Shown: positions 62,497 through 64,000 of the stretch, piece by piece
How positions within the stretch are numbered: position 1 is the stretch's first letter
How the letters are laid out: each line of letters begins with the position of its first letter
Source: Andalucia godoyi And28
Taxonomy: Eukaryota; Protista; Jakobida
DNA length: 64,000 nt
NCBI GenBank assembly: GCA_009859145.1
Contig: VRVR01000022.1
Location: 124,001-188,000, forward strand
Direction of reading: 5' to 3'
Program-made: the position numbers and the translations under genes
The notes under the pieces: generated by a model
Told to the model about the DNA's origin: nothing
Seen by the model: the letters and a program-made list of their open reading frames with translations, nothing else
Database searches by the model: none

Positions 62497-63816
62497 ATGA
62501 ACTTTAGTGACCCGGTCAAGTTTTCTGGAAAATCCGTCAGTTTTTCGGCGGATGGTGAGTATGTGGCGTTTTCGCATGGTCCAGAAGTGGCTGTTCGTGA
62601 AACAACTACGTTTTCACAGAATCGACGCTTTGCATGCGAGGACATTGTTGACTATGTGGAGTGGTCTTCTGACTCGACGCTGCTGCTTTGCGTGTCAGTG
62701 AAGCGCGGTGTGATTATGGTGTTCAATCCATCGGATCCTTCGTTTCGGTGCAGAATTGATGAAGGAACACTTGGAGTAGAGTCTGCGACGTTTTCCAAGG
62801 ACTCGCGACACGTCCTCGTAACCTCTGAGATGGGTGTTCGCATCGGGGTTTGGTCTCTGGTGGATGGTTCTTGCACGGTGCTATCAAGCGGAAAAGCAGT
62901 GCCGAAAAACCGAAATATTGCAGTGTCTCCAGACGGAAAGTTTCTTGCCTCGCTTGCGCGCAGAGATTGCAAGGATTATGTGGCCATGCTTGCTTGCGGA
63001 TCCTGGCAGCTTCTATCGAGCTTTGAAGTTTCGGAAACAAAGGACGCTGCGGGGATTGCATGGAGTCCTAACCGGTCTCTTCTTGCGGTCTGGGACTCGC
63101 TTCTTGAATACAAGATTGCTGTGTACAGAATGGACGGACATCTGGTTGCGTCGTTCAGAGCATATGAAGATGGTCTGGGAATCCGCTGTGTGGAATGGGC
63201 TCCTTCGGGACAGATGCTGGCGGTTGGATCATATGACAACAGCGTACGCTTGTTGAACCACATGACGTTTCGCACCATGGTGGAGTATCAGCATCGGACT
63301 CTTCATACGGACCTTTCCAGAGTATTTATCTTTAGAGAGACAGAAGGACCAAGATACGACGTCACAACGTCAGACGATGGGGACAATCACTCGCTGAGCG
63401 ACATGCCGGCCCTGTTTGGACAGCCGGACTCGCCAAATCCAAAGATTGGTGTATCACGGATTGCGTTTTCACGAGATTCGCGATATCTGGCTTCAAAGTC
63501 AGACTCGTTTCCGAATACCGTGTGGATCTGGGATAACGCGAAGCTCAAGCTGCTGGCCGTATTGATCCACACTGATCCCGTTCGGACGTTTTCGTGGCAT
63601 CCGGTTCAATCGATGCTCGCGGTTGCGTGCGCCAATCTCAACATCTACCTGTGGACTCCAGAGGGTGCATCGTGCGCGCAAACTCCAGCGCAAACTCCAC
63701 TTTCTGTTCTGGAGTGGTCGCCTCTCGGAAATGCTCTTGCGGTAGGCGAGCGCACACAGCTCAGCATGTGCTACTTCTCGGACCAAACTGGAAACGGCGA
63801 CGATCCCGAGAGTTGA
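62497..63816 (+). CDS. WRAP73: WD40 centriolar protein WRAP73 (WDR8)
   Basis: RIDEG..G......S.DSRHVL..S....RI.VWSL, LGI..VEW.PSGQ.LAVGSYD, SKSD..PN.VWIWD. Confidence 0.92.
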   Translation: MNFSDPVKFSGKSVSFSADGEYVAFSHGPEVAVRETTTFSQNRRFACEDIVDYVEWSSDSTLLLCVSVKRGVIMVFNPSDPSFRCRIDEGTLGVESATFSKDSRHVLVTSEMGVRIGVWSLVDGSCTVLSSGKAVPKNRNIAVSPDGKFLASLARRDCKDYVAMLACGSWQLLSSFEVSETKDAAGIAWSPNRSLLAVWDSLLEYKIAVYRMDGHLVASFRAYEDGLGIRCVEWAPSGQMLAVGSYDNSVRLLNHMTFRTMVEYQHRTLHTDLSRVFIFRETEGPRYDVTTSDDGDNHSLSDMPALFGQPDSPNPKIGVSRIAFSRDSRYLASKSDSFPNTVWIWDNAKLKLLAVLIHTDPVRTFSWHPVQSMLAVACANLNIYLWTPEGASCAQTPAQTPLSVLEWSPLGNALAVGERTQLSMCYFSDQTGNGDDPES

Positions 63817-64000
63817 GGACTGCACCTTTTTCCGTTCCTCCATCATCCGCACTTCATGTTTCTCACCTCATGAGCCTCAAAGAGGAGATCCTTCGTATCC
63901 AAACGTAAAACAGGAAGACGTAAGACATTAGACGTCGTATGGCATCTCGCATCGTATCCGGCGAGCTATGAATCCGAATCCGGGCTGCTTAGATGCCGTT

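Noticed and set aside
63871-64000. Possible gene start MSLKEEILRIQ (TFIIS-N-like) at the window end
   Set aside because: Stop follows immediately and no splice pattern could be verified within the window

Overview
Gene-dense (about one gene per 2 kb), intron-poor eukaryotic nuclear DNA from a flagellated protist. Evidence: flagellar/centriolar CFAP52, CCDC96, WRAP73, LRRC45 and CCDC66/CSPP1-like genes, plus short GT-AG introns. A Discoba/jakobid-like host is only an inference. The window holds about 31 protein genes, two tandem intron-containing tRNA-Tyr(GUA) genes and one solitary 5S rRNA gene. The main unexplained structure is six intergenic, internally deleted mobile elements in two subfamilies (24607-24957, 37092-37613, 41266-41867, 54505-54893 = A; 45881-46097, 51163-51677 = B). 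They share termini 5'-CCGCTG...GTGTA(T/C)AATG(T/C)AGGCG-3'. They carry frameshifted remnants of an IS607-type serine-recombinase HTH and of a TnpB/Fanzor2 nuclease (HTH 'RIKMHPSQEQRVTLRKW', 'MLTRGHYQFQQR', 'VTEECTSKTCGRCG', 'IDRDxN[G/A]ARNIYL'). They keep a structured right end that looks like an omegaRNA scaffold with a terminal pseudoknot. All reconstructed empty sites read RC-CG-Y, predicting a CCG TAM and six different flank-derived guides. No intact Fanzor or recombinase gene lies in this window.
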